A stretch of 64,000 nt of DNA, taken from contig JBBDTI010000067.1 in NCBI GenBank assembly GCA_040904565.1, forward strand, positions 1 to 64,000, read 5' to 3'. Every line of letters begins with the position of its first letter. The first letter of the stretch is position 1. Of this stretch, positions 1-9,307 are shown in pieces. The position numbers and the translations under genes are program-made. The notes under the pieces were generated by a model. That model was not told where the DNA came from. It searched no databases and saw nothing but the letters and a program-made list of their open reading frames with translations. This DNA comes from Rhodothermales bacterium. Lineage in GTDB: Bacteria; Bacteroidota; Rhodothermia; Rhodothermales; VXPQ01.

Positions 1-28
1 CACATTCCCCTGTCAGCCTGGAATGGGC

Positions 29-55
29 TTAATAAACGCCTTCTGGAGCCGATAT
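29..55 (+). promoter_or_regulatory. Putative sigma28 (FliA)-type promoter
   Basis: TTAA-N15-GCCGATAT versus consensus TAAA-N15-GCCGATAA, immediately upstream of the receiver-like ORF. Confidence 0.55.
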
Positions 56-63
56 TAGGAAAT

Positions 64-474
64 GTGGGAGTACCGACAATCATGCTCCAGATGCCCAGCA
101 GGCCCATACCGATAAAACCGCGCATTCTCGTCATCGAACGAGATATTGAACTCCAGAAGCGGATTGCCCGTTCGCTCGACGGTCTCTATACGATCGATCT
201 TACGTCATCGGGCGCGCTGGCACTGCTGCTGATGAAGGATTATCGATACTCGTGCATACTGGCATCGACGGAGCTCCCGAATCGGCACCGCGGCACCGGG
301 ATCGTTAAAGCGATCCGGAGCATGCCCGGCGGTCGGTACGTGCCGATTGTAGCAACGGCCTCGAACGATACAAAGCTGCGAAACGCAGACGGATTTGTCG
401 CTTCGATAACGTTGCCGCGCGACGTCGGACGCATCGACGACGTCGTACTGGCCGTGCTCGAAGCCTGGGACTGA
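64..474 (+). CDS. Single-domain response-regulator receiver-like protein (atypical)
   Basis: RILVIERD..SSGALALLLM..YSCILASTELP..GIVKAIRS..VPIVATAS follows the REC beta/alpha pattern; the phosphoacceptor Asp position is Ser; start codon uncertain. Confidence 0.65.
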   Translation: MGVPTIMLQMPSRPIPIKPRILVIERDIELQKRIARSLDGLYTIDLTSSGALALLLMKDYRYSCILASTELPNRHRGTGIVKAIRSMPGGRYVPIVATASNDTKLRNADGFVASITLPRDVGRIDDVVLAVLEAWD

Positions 475-590
475 TGCGGCGTCGATGGACGCAGTAGTCA
501 CCTCACACTGCAGGGACGTTCTTCCCCTTCGTTCCGTCCCGGTATGTTAGCAAGGGCGGGCGAACGAGTCCACTCGGCGGGAGGAGGAGC

Positions 591-1058
591 TCACGTCGCG
601 CGGTGACCGAACAGGTCAAGTGCTGCGATGAGCGTTTTTACTTTCGCCGCTCCGAAGCCGGGCAGTTTCTTCGCCCGCTTCTCGATCGTCTGATCGTCGT
701 CGGCATCCGACCAGAGGCCCGACGCGTCCCCGTCGTACTCGTCCGCTATCGTTCGGGCAAGGTTCTGGACGCGGTCGGCCATCATATTCGAAAATCGATG
801 GACCGCCGGTTTTTCCGCGAACATCTCCTTGAACGCCTCCGGATGCATCTCCGCCATCTTTTCCATGTCCAGATGCCCGAGGCGCTCGTAGAGCTTGAGG
901 GGCCCGGAAAAGGCCATCTCCGCCCGTATCTGCTGGTCGAGAAGCACGCCGATCAGGACGGCGTTCGGATCCTCTCGGAGGAGGGTATCTGCATCGGGAT
1001 CACCCGTCGCCACGCCATCCTTTTTCCGGCTGGCGATCATTCGGTCGAGTCCACCCAT
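591..1058 (-). CDS. HhH-GPD-type base excision repair family protein (short)
   Basis: DPDADTLLREDPNAVLIGVLLDQQI-AEMAFSGP, PAVHRF and HhH motif LPGFGAAK. Confidence 0.8.
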   Translation of the reverse strand: MGGLDRMIASRKKDGVATGDPDADTLLREDPNAVLIGVLLDQQIRAEMAFSGPLKLYERLGHLDMEKMAEMHPEAFKEMFAEKPAVHRFSNMMADRVQNLARTIADEYDGDASGLWSDADDDQTIEKRAKKLPGFGAAKVKTLIAALDLFGHRAT

Positions 1059-1514
1059 ATCTACGTCGTGCTGTTAGTCATGCGTTCGTGGATCAGTCAA
1101 TTTAGAGGCGGTGTCTTCAAATGCAACCCGGCACCGCGTCGGGATATCATTCGCCGCTCTTGATCGACGGCCGTGGATGCAACATTGCCGTGACGTACCT
1201 GCGATAGCATCGGTCGGCCCCAAACGATGAGTCGTACTTCACGTTAAATCCAGCAATACTATTTAGCCGTCTGGTAGTGGACGCCGCCCAGGCTGGCGAC
1301 GCTCACGCGGGATCACTTTCCTGATGCCGCGTGGATCTACGAACGGAAGCTGGGGGCAGCGCCTGCTTGCGTTCCGAAAGCTTCGGCAGGCATTGGTGTA
1401 ATCGTTGCGCAAAACATATATTGAACATGTATTTCGATTCACGTGATGCCGGTGGGTTCGCCGTCCGGCTCGAGCGCATCGCCGAATCCTTTCGTCAGAC
1501 CGACAAGCTACGTC

Positions 1515-2591
1515 ATGTACGATCCGTCCTTGGGCGAGCTGCCCGCGCGCCGCGGTCGAGCGGCCCGCATCAACACGCCGAACCGATTCGAGCCGTTTCA
1601 CGTGGAAGAAGATCCTTCAGCTCTCGAGGCGGACGAGCTTCGTCAGGTCGAAACGGCGTACTTCGTGGACGACACGAAGAGCATCCTGGCCAAGAACGAG
1701 AGTCCGGATGTCGGCTTCACCTACAGTATCAATCCCTACAGAGGATGTGAGCACGGGTGTATTTACTGCTACGCCCGGCCCTCACACGAATATCTCGGCT
1801 TTTCCGCCGGGCTCGACTTCGAGACGAAGATACTCGTCAAGGAACGAGCGCCGGTCCTGCTATCGGCCGCCTTCCAGAAGCCGTCGTGGGATCCGCAGGT
1901 AGTGGCGCTGTCGGGCAACACCGACCCCTATCAGCCGATCGACCGGCGTCTAGAATTAACGCGCCGATGCCTGGAAGTCTTTTTGAAACATCGCAACCCG
2001 GTTGCGATCATCACGAAAAACTATCTCGTGACACGAGATGTCGACGTGCTGGAAGAGATGGCGAGACTTAACCTCGTCACTGTCGCGTTATCGATCACCA
2101 CGTTGAGATCCGACCTGGTGGGCGTCATGGAGCCGCGGACATCGCGACCGGGACGCAGGCTTCAGGCTATAGAGGAGCTGGCGCGGCGTGGGATTCCGAC
2201 GTCCGTGAACGTGGCGCCGGTCGTTCCGGGCTTGACGGACGAGGAGATGCCGGCGATTCTAGAGGCGGCAGCCGACCGAGGTGCTTCGCGTGCCGCGTAC
2301 ATCATGCTCAGGCTGCCGGGGCCGGTCACGGAGCTCTTTCTAGACTGGCTCTCGCGGGAGTTTCCGGATCGTGTGAATAAAGTCGTGCATCGCCTCGAAT
2401 CGCTGCGCCGAGGAGATCTGTCGGACAGCCGCTTTGGCGTCCGAATGAGAGGAGAGGGGGAATGGTCCGATCTCGTGAGGCATTTATTCCACGTCTCGTG
2501 CAGGAAATACGGTTTAAACGCGTCGAACGCCCCGCTATCGACCGACGGATTCAGGCGGCTTCGCAACGGGCAGCGGAGCCTCTTCGACTGA
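1515..2591 (+). CDS. PA0069/Rv2578c-family radical SAM protein
   Basis: SINPYRGCEHGCIYCYARPSHEYLG (CX3CX2C), SGNTDPYQP, EPRT; start may be 1443 or 1515. Confidence 0.9.
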   Translation: MYDPSLGELPARRGRAARINTPNRFEPFHVEEDPSALEADELRQVETAYFVDDTKSILAKNESPDVGFTYSINPYRGCEHGCIYCYARPSHEYLGFSAGLDFETKILVKERAPVLLSAAFQKPSWDPQVVALSGNTDPYQPIDRRLELTRRCLEVFLKHRNPVAIITKNYLVTRDVDVLEEMARLNLVTVALSITTLRSDLVGVMEPRTSRPGRRLQAIEELARRGIPTSVNVAPVVPGLTDEEMPAILEAAADRGASRAAYIMLRLPGPVTELFLDWLSREFPDRVNKVVHRLESLRRGDLSDSRFGVRMRGEGEWSDLVRHLFHVSCRKYGLNASNAPLSTDGFRRLRNGQRSLFD

Positions 2592-2643
2592 AGCGGCTAA
2601 CGTTTCATGCGGCCCCGTCTCGTGAAGACTTCGCATATCCTTG

Positions 2644-2670
2644 TTAGTATAAACGTCTGTCTACCGATAT
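2644..2670 (+). promoter_or_regulatory. Putative sigma28-type promoter
   Basis: TTAG-N15-ACCGATAT upstream of the HDOD gene. Confidence 0.45.
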
Positions 2671-2766
2671 ATTAAGGCGGCAACGCAGGGGCCCTATACG
2701 TTACCTTAGCCGGCGAGCGGTCCACGACCCCTTGCCTCGTCGACACCTCGCATTGAAGTCTACGGA

Positions 2767-3678
2767 ATGGGTGAATTCGACCAGGTAAATCCAAGTATGC
2801 GGAAGGATTGGGAGCCAAACTTTGAAATCGAGCTGCCCCCGCTCCCGCGTACGGTAACTGAGGTTAGCAAGCTGCTCGCCGAGGAGACAGATCCGCCCGA
2901 TACGCCTCGACTCGTCGAGATCGTCAAGGCCGACCCCGTCATCGGCACGTCCGTGCTCCGCCGGATTAATTCGGCGTACTACGGCATGCGAACGCGGGTG
3001 GTCGAAATCGATAAGGCGACGCAGCTGCTGGGTTTCGAGGAGGTGTGCGATATCGTGCTCACGGCGGGCGTGATGAAGCTGGGAGATATTTTTGAGACGG
3101 AAACCCAGATCGAGATTTTCGACCGCATCATGGAGCTCAGTCTGGGTGCGGCGACGTACACCAAGATGATCGCCGATAAGTACGACATCCCTCAGAAGTC
3201 GATCGGCTTCACGACCGGCTTATTGCATACGGTCGGCCGGCTCATTCTCCTCTATAATCGACCCAATGATTATGAGGCGCTGTGGTTCACGACCGAGAAG
3301 GGGCGTCCGCCTACGGTAACCTCGGAGCAGATCATCTTCGGCACCGACCACGCGGAGCTAAGTGCCCTGGCCGGCGAGGAGTGGCGGCTGCCTGAGAATG
3401 CCGTTACCGTTATGCGGTTCTACTTAACGCCCGGACACATCAATTTGCAGCCGTCGCGCGTTCTCGCGCTGTGCCTTGCCGTAGCGTCCGCGGCGACGGA
3501 TCACTACTGTCTGAACGAGACGGAGAGAACGGGTACCGAGTTTGCGCCGCCTGCGGCAATGTACGCGCTGGCCAGGCAACTCGACGTGAAGCCGAACGTG
3601 TTGAGCGAGTACATAACGTCACAGCGTGATGATGTGCTGCGATTCATCCGTTCCATGGTGGACCCAAAAACCGATTGA
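2767..3678 (+). CDS. HDOD domain-containing protein
   Basis: ELPPLP, DPVIGTSVLRRINSAYYG, LLGFEEV, GLLHTVGRL, EQIIFGTDHAE, WRLP. Confidence 0.9.
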   Translation: MGEFDQVNPSMRKDWEPNFEIELPPLPRTVTEVSKLLAEETDPPDTPRLVEIVKADPVIGTSVLRRINSAYYGMRTRVVEIDKATQLLGFEEVCDIVLTAGVMKLGDIFETETQIEIFDRIMELSLGAATYTKMIADKYDIPQKSIGFTTGLLHTVGRLILLYNRPNDYEALWFTTEKGRPPTVTSEQIIFGTDHAELSALAGEEWRLPENAVTVMRFYLTPGHINLQPSRVLALCLAVASAATDHYCLNETERTGTEFAPPAAMYALARQLDVKPNVLSEYITSQRDDVLRFIRSMVDPKTD

Positions 3679-3936
3679 ATGCAGGAGGAGCGATACATTA
3701 TGCCGGAGCTCAAGACCTATAGACTTTACTTCAAGGAAGGGCTGGAAATCGACGTCCGAGCGGCCGATGCCGTACTCGACCAGTCTCGCAAGCAGGTTCG
3801 CTTCACGGGAGAGAACGGCAAATTCATCGACGATCTTATCGTGGTGATGGAGGAGTTGCAGGCCATCATTCCCTCGAGTCACATCCGGGATTCCGCGACG
3901 ACGACAAACGGTCGAGGCACCGACGCGGGAGAATGA
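3679..3936 (+). CDS. Small hypothetical protein
   Basis: Starts immediately after the HDOD stop; protein-like beta-rich sequence with GC3-biased codons. Confidence 0.6.
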   Translation: MQEERYIMPELKTYRLYFKEGLEIDVRAADAVLDQSRKQVRFTGENGKFIDDLIVVMEELQAIIPSSHIRDSATTTNGRGTDAGE

Positions 3937-4150
3937 GTCCCTCACACCCGTTCGTCGTCCGGATGCCGGATGCAGGATGCGGGGCCGACGTGTCGCGCGA
4001 ACTCGGACGTTCTAGGCATTGTGGACGGCAGGTACGAAGCCTGAGGGACGCGCATCCTACCTGCCGCCGGAGCGCGCCGGAATGGTCATAGCACGGCGCA
4101 CAGGGATTGTAGAAATGAATCCCGGAGCTATTCACGATCGCCTCAGTGGT

Positions 4151-5371
4151 ATGCGGCACATACGTTGTTTGGCCGCGATGGTAGGGATAGCGATGACCCT
4201 TATCGTCTTCTGTTCGTCAGCCTTCTCGCCGGCCTATGGCCAAACGCTGTCGGAGCTCGAGTCGCAGGTTGGCGATATTTTCAGTCAGAGTTGTGCGCGC
4301 GTTGGTTGTCATGCGGGCTCCGACCCGCAGATGGGTCTGAGTCTGGAGGCCGATCTTTTTGTCGATCACACCGTGCAGTCGGACAGCCGAGAACGGCCCG
4401 ACCTTCAGCTCGCCCATCCGGGCGAGCCGGACAGCAGCTATCTCGTCAAGAAAGTTCGGGGCGACGAGGACATTATCGGAGGTCCCATGCCGATGACGGG
4501 CAACCCGCTGTCGGATTCTGAGATCGAGACCATCGCATCATGGATCCAGGCTCTTGGAGAGACCGATCTATCCGACCGCGCTACCCCATCGGCCGCGAAG
4601 ACGGTCAATGCGTTCAGCGGCTGGAAGGTCGTAAACCTGCCCACCACGCGGATGGTCGATGCACGCACGTGGCTGTTTCTCATCGGCCACCGTTTCAATC
4701 CTCAGCTCTCGGCGGGCTACGATGCTTTCTGGGGGCTCGACGGAAGCGGCATCATCTTCCTGAGCATGGGCTACGCACCGTCGAATGACCTGCTCATTTC
4801 CCTGGGCAGGAGCAATCTGGAGGATAACGTCGAGCTGGAGACCAAGATACGTCTTCTCAATCAGACGCAGGATGGCCGAATTCCGCTCAGTCTGGCCCTC
4901 CGCGGTGCCGTAAACTGGATTACGGAGCAGACAGGGGAGGAGGACCGGTGGCAATCGGAGTCCTTCAAGGTTTCGGGCCAGGCCGTCTTGAGTCGTGAGC
5001 TTTCGCGGAATCTGGGCGTTCTCGTCGCCCCCGGTCTGCTCGTCAATCAGGATGCGCGGGAGGACGGTGAGGGCCTGCTCGTGACGGTGGGCGTGGGTGG
5101 ACGGTGGCGGTTCCACCGAAATCTGTCTCTCGTAGCGGAGTGGGTGCCCATCCTGACGGGCTATATGCGGTCCGTCTCCTTCGGCAACGTCAATCGGTTC
5201 GACAGTTTCGGCGGGGGTTTGGAGATCGCCGTGGGCGGACACGTCTTCCAGATCGTCGCAACGAACTCTGTCGGACTCGCCACGGATCAGTACATGCGCG
5301 GCGGAGACCTTGACGTGGGCCGGGGAGATTTTCGTCTCGGCTTCAATATCTACAGATTACTCCGGTTCTAG
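4151..5371 (+). CDS. Cytochrome c (CX4CH) domain fused to a DUF5777-like outer-membrane beta-barrel
   Basis: Signal peptide, SCARVGCH..PGEPDSSYL..MP..LSDSEIETIASWI, then VNLPT, IGHRF, GLDG, GGHVFQ and C-terminal RLGFNIYRLLRF. Confidence 0.8.
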   Translation: MRHIRCLAAMVGIAMTLIVFCSSAFSPAYGQTLSELESQVGDIFSQSCARVGCHAGSDPQMGLSLEADLFVDHTVQSDSRERPDLQLAHPGEPDSSYLVKKVRGDEDIIGGPMPMTGNPLSDSEIETIASWIQALGETDLSDRATPSAAKTVNAFSGWKVVNLPTTRMVDARTWLFLIGHRFNPQLSAGYDAFWGLDGSGIIFLSMGYAPSNDLLISLGRSNLEDNVELETKIRLLNQTQDGRIPLSLALRGAVNWITEQTGEEDRWQSESFKVSGQAVLSRELSRNLGVLVAPGLLVNQDAREDGEGLLVTVGVGGRWRFHRNLSLVAEWVPILTGYMRSVSFGNVNRFDSFGGGLEIAVGGHVFQIVATNSVGLATDQYMRGGDLDVGRGDFRLGFNIYRLLRF

Positions 5372-5373
5372 AT

Positions 5374-5808
5374 ATGAGATGGTCAAAGTTCACGGTATTC
5401 GTCGTTCTTACACTCGTTCTGGGCGCGTGCGAAAAGGACAGCGGGATCGTCGACGGTGGGGACGGCGGTAACGGTGGCGATGACGGCCTCGAACCGACGC
5501 TCGCAAGCATACAGTCGAACATCTTCAACTTGAGCTGTGCGCTGTCCGGGTGCCACACCGGGTCGAATGCCCCGGAGGGGCTCGACCTGAGCGCGGGCAA
5601 CGCCCGGGGGAACCTGGTGAGCATCGAGAGCACGGAGGTGCCGGATTTTCTGCGCGTCGATCCCGGCAACGCAGACGAGAGCTACCTCATCATGAAGCTG
5701 GAAGGCGACAGTCGTATCTCGGGATCCCGTATGCCGTTAGGCCGCTCGCCCCTTTCCTCATCGCAGATCGCTGTGATTCGAACGTGGATCGATGAAGGTG
5801 CGAACTGA
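5374..5808 (+). CDS. Monoheme cytochrome c lipoprotein (CX4CH)
   Basis: Lipobox LGAC, Gly/Asp linker, SCALSGCH..PGNADESYL..RMP..IRTWIDEGA. Confidence 0.8.
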   Translation: MRWSKFTVFVVLTLVLGACEKDSGIVDGGDGGNGGDDGLEPTLASIQSNIFNLSCALSGCHTGSNAPEGLDLSAGNARGNLVSIESTEVPDFLRVDPGNADESYLIMKLEGDSRISGSRMPLGRSPLSSSQIAVIRTWIDEGAN

Positions 5809-6384
5809 GCGCGACGTGATCCACAATCGTCGTGGCGGAAGACTTTCATCTCTCCTACGCACCCCCTCATCGGGTGCGTCAAGCCGGCAATAGACGTTCC
5901 CAGCAGTTTCTCCTCTACATGCCTGTGCCAGGCCGCATCTTCATCGCGGTCCATCTTGCCCTACGGGCGTCTCGTAGCATACGCAGTTGCATTAGCAGGC
6001 TGAATCGGTTTCCTTTTAAAAGTTCTAGCGACGGAATTAACTTCCGTCTTAATGGATCCGTCTACCGCCGAGTCCGCCCAGGCACGTGCTTAGGCAACCA
6101 GGTTGTGTGAGGTCGTCCATCGTGCAAACGCCTCCTGCGCGGTTCTGCCGGGCAGGTCGATGAAGATGGAGCCCGAACGGCATCTTGCATGGGCCGTCAG
6201 ACTCATGAAGTGAGCGGGAAAAGATAAAAATTTGTGGGTACTCGTCCGAGAATCATTTATACTCTCCTGACGTGGCACTTGTGCAGGGGCGGATCCCAGA
6301 GTAAATTCACCTGTGCCGCCGATGCGGGTAGAGTGCCCGCTTCTAACGTGGCAATCTTCAAGTAATCATAAGAATCGCTAAGCC

Positions 6385-6582
6385 ATGGCCTATTCGTACA
6401 CGAATTCCAAAGGGAAGACCTACTACCTCCACAACAAGGTTACGACCTTGAAAAACGGTCGGACGCAGACCATCTACTTCTTCGCAAAGGAAGAGAAGGA
6501 TGGAACGTTGGATGCGGTGCCGGAAGGTTACCAGGTTGCCGAAACGGCGAACGGTCTTCCAGTCTTGAAGAAGAAGAAGTAA
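6385..6582 (+). CDS. Small basic hypothetical protein (65 aa)
   Basis: AYSYTNSKGKTYYLH..IYFFAKE..GLPVLKKKK; strongly biased codons; A-rich leader. Confidence 0.8.
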   Translation: MAYSYTNSKGKTYYLHNKVTTLKNGRTQTIYFFAKEEKDGTLDAVPEGYQVAETANGLPVLKKKK

Positions 6583-6785
6583 GCCGGGATCGAGAGCTGC
6601 CTGTCCGGCCTCGGGGCTTTTCTCCTGATGGCCGGCCGTCGAGGGATGAATGCGGCAGTGCCTTCTGTCGATTCTGTTCATTCTCCGAGGGTCGTCCAGC
6701 CACAGCTCTCCATCCGAAGATCTGGCCGTCACGCGACCGTGTTCGAGGTCGGCCTCCTGTCTTGGGAAAGAATAGCGTATCTTGC

Positions 6786-6814
6786 TTGATTCGTCGGCGG
6801 GAGTGCGCTATTCT
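6786..6814 (+). promoter_or_regulatory. sigma70 promoter of the sugar operon
   Basis: TTGATT-N17-TATTCT. Confidence 0.6.
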
Positions 6815-6827
6815 TTTTTGCATCTGT

Positions 6828-6845
6828 TGCGCAAACGTTTGTGCA
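6828..6845. promoter_or_regulatory. LacI-family operator
   Basis: Near-perfect palindrome TGCGCAAACGTTTGTGCA with central CG, just downstream of the -10 box; the operon encodes a LacI regulator. Confidence 0.8.
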
Positions 6846-7058
6846 GGGCGTGGACATCTCCACGGGAGGCGCTGTGGGAGTCGTTCTGGGGCGTGCCAGT
6901 CTCCGCCACCGCCGGATCCATCGCCGAGTTTTCCGGTACGTCCTTTGGTCGCTCCGGTCCAACTAACATCCACCGGGCCTACGCGACGCAGTTTTCTCAC
7001 GAGCCGGTGCGGGAGCCGGCCTGGTCGCCGAAGGGATTAGCCGAACAGTTTCAGGGAG

Positions 7059-8084
7059 ATGAAAAACGGGTCCGATAACATGATGAACGTCGTTCGCATT
7101 CATGGTGCGGACGACCTCCGTCTCAATCAGGAGCCGAGGCCGTCTCCGTCGGGAAACGAAATGCTCGTGCGCGTGACGGCCGTGGGGATTTGCGGATCGG
7201 ACCTGCACTGGCTGGAGGATGGTGGAATCGGTGCCGAAAGGATCGACTGGCCGCTCGTGCTCGGCCACGAATTTGCCGGTGTGGTGGACACGCCGGATGG
7301 AGAGCGGATCGTGGCCGTTGATCCGGCGATTCCATGTGGTGCATGTCTGCACTGCAGGGACGGTAATCCTAATTTGTGTCAGCGCGTTCGGTTTTCGGGG
7401 CACCCGGGCGACGACGGTGCGCTGCGAGAATATATGTCGTGGCCGTCGGAGTGCCTGTTTCCGCTGCCCGACGGAATGACGGCGTCGGACGGGGCCATGC
7501 TCGAGCCGGTCGGCGTAGCCATTCATGCCGTGGATCTTGGGAAGGTGCTCGCCGGGACCAGTGTGGGAGTCTTCGGCTGCGGTCCGATCGGTCTTCTGAC
7601 GCTGCAGGTTGCGAGGGCGGCGGGTGCGACGACGATCGTTGCAACGGATAGACTGGATCATCGGCTGGATGCGGCCGTGCGTCTGGGAGCCGACGTGATT
7701 GTCAAGGCGCGCGGCGGAGCAGAGGCTGAGGAGGTGTTGAAGGCCGTTCCGGGGGGCGTCGACGTAGCGTTCGAAGCGGCCGGAACGAATGAGGCGGTCG
7801 ACGCGGCGGTCGACTCAGCGCGCCCGGGAGCCCGCGTCGTGCTCGTGGGCATCCCCTCCGACGATAACACGTCATTCCGTGCCTCGACGGTGCGCCGAAA
7901 AGGGCTTACCGTCATGTGGGCACGTCGCATGAAACACACCTATCCGCGCGCCATCGAGCTCGTCCGCACCGGCCGCGTGGATGTTCGATCGCTGGTCACA
8001 CATACGTTTCCCATGACGCGCTATGAGGAAGCCTTCGACGTGGCGGTGAAGCGAAAGGGCCTGAAGGTCGTCGTGGAGCCGTAG
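7059..8084 (+). CDS. Zn-dependent polyol (sorbitol/iditol-type) dehydrogenase
   Basis: GICGSDLH, LGHEFAG, CGACLHC..C, GCGPIG. Confidence 0.9.
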   Translation: MKNGSDNMMNVVRIHGADDLRLNQEPRPSPSGNEMLVRVTAVGICGSDLHWLEDGGIGAERIDWPLVLGHEFAGVVDTPDGERIVAVDPAIPCGACLHCRDGNPNLCQRVRFSGHPGDDGALREYMSWPSECLFPLPDGMTASDGAMLEPVGVAIHAVDLGKVLAGTSVGVFGCGPIGLLTLQVARAAGATTIVATDRLDHRLDAAVRLGADVIVKARGGAEAEEVLKAVPGGVDVAFEAAGTNEAVDAAVDSARPGARVVLVGIPSDDNTSFRASTVRRKGLTVMWARRMKHTYPRAIELVRTGRVDVRSLVTHTFPMTRYEEAFDVAVKRKGLKVVVEP

Positions 8085-8143
8085 CGTGGGCGCCTCGTAA
8101 GGTCGCCGCCATATGCACGTGCACATCCAAACGTTCGACGTAC

Positions 8144-9172
8144 ATGGCGGTTACTTTGAATGATATCGCGGATCTGGCCGGGGTGTCCGTTTCGACGGTA
8201 TCGCGCGTACTCAATAAGAAGGCGGATGAATATCGCATCGGAGCCGACACGAGGTCACGGGTGCTGGGGGCGGCCGAGGAACTCAATTACCGGCCCAACC
8301 AGATCGCACGCGGGTTGCGGCTGAACGAGACCAATACGATCGGGATCATCATTCCCGACATATCCAGCCCGTTCTTTGCCTATCTCATTAGGCGCGTCCA
8401 GAATACAGCGCATAGCCTGGGTTACACGGTCGTCGTCTGCAACACGGACGAAACCCTGGAGCAGGAAATCGAACACGTCAACGTCATGTACCGGAATCGG
8501 GTCGACGGCCTGATCGCGATGCCGGTTGGTAAGGAATACGGCCATTATGCCGAGTGGTACGAACGAGGCCGGCCGCTGGTGCTGCTGGATCGATGCTTCG
8601 ACGTAATGGACGTCAGCAGCGTGGTCGTCGATAATTTTGCGGGTTCGAAAGAGGCCGTCGAGCATTTGATAGCGCACGGCCATCGGAGGATAGGGATTAT
8701 TCAGGGGCTCCCCGGCACGTATGCAGAGACCGAGCGACTGCGTGGATACGTGGCCGCGCTTGAGGAGCACGGCATCCCGGAAGATAGTGCGCTCGTCGTG
8801 GGCGGAGACGTTCGTGAGGAAAACGGATATATGGAAACGAAGCTCTTACTGGCCGCAGACGAGCGTCCGACCGCTCTCTTCGCAACGAGCGATCTTATTA
8901 CGCTCGGCGCGCTGAAGGCGCTGGCGGAAGAAGGTCTCAGCGTGCCATCGGACGTTTCGCTCATCATGTTCGACGACGCCGACTTCGCGCCCTACCTGAC
9001 CTGCCCGATAACGGCCATCCGTCAACCCAAGGAATTGATGGGTGAGATGGCTGCAAAACTTCTCGTCGAAGAATTGAAAGGCGAGCGGAAGTCGTCCAAG
9101 CGGATCGTTCTGACGACACAGCTGATCGTGCGAGATTCGGTCGCGTCGCCCCCACCGCTCCATCGGGAGTGA
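8144..9172 (+). CDS. LacI-family transcriptional regulator
   Basis: VTLNDIADLAGVSVSTVSRVLN, LNYRPNQIARGL. Confidence 0.95.
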   Translation: MAVTLNDIADLAGVSVSTVSRVLNKKADEYRIGADTRSRVLGAAEELNYRPNQIARGLRLNETNTIGIIIPDISSPFFAYLIRRVQNTAHSLGYTVVVCNTDETLEQEIEHVNVMYRNRVDGLIAMPVGKEYGHYAEWYERGRPLVLLDRCFDVMDVSSVVVDNFAGSKEAVEHLIAHGHRRIGIIQGLPGTYAETERLRGYVAALEEHGIPEDSALVVGGDVREENGYMETKLLLAADERPTALFATSDLITLGALKALAEEGLSVPSDVSLIMFDDADFAPYLTCPITAIRQPKELMGEMAAKLLVEELKGERKSSKRIVLTTQLIVRDSVASPPPLHRE

Positions 9173-9307
9173 TTCCTGTCCGGTAAATGGGCGGCTTCAC
9201 GAAACCAGCCATGCCTGCCATAGAAAGCCATACCAAGCAGAGCGGCCGATCGATCGACATCCAAATGGGCTGGATCGAAAGGGAAGATCAGGTCGAACCG
9301 GTACCGA

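Noticed and set aside
6248-6266. Fur-box-like GAGAATCATTTAT
   Set aside because: Only a partial match in an AT-rich promoter region; not supportable
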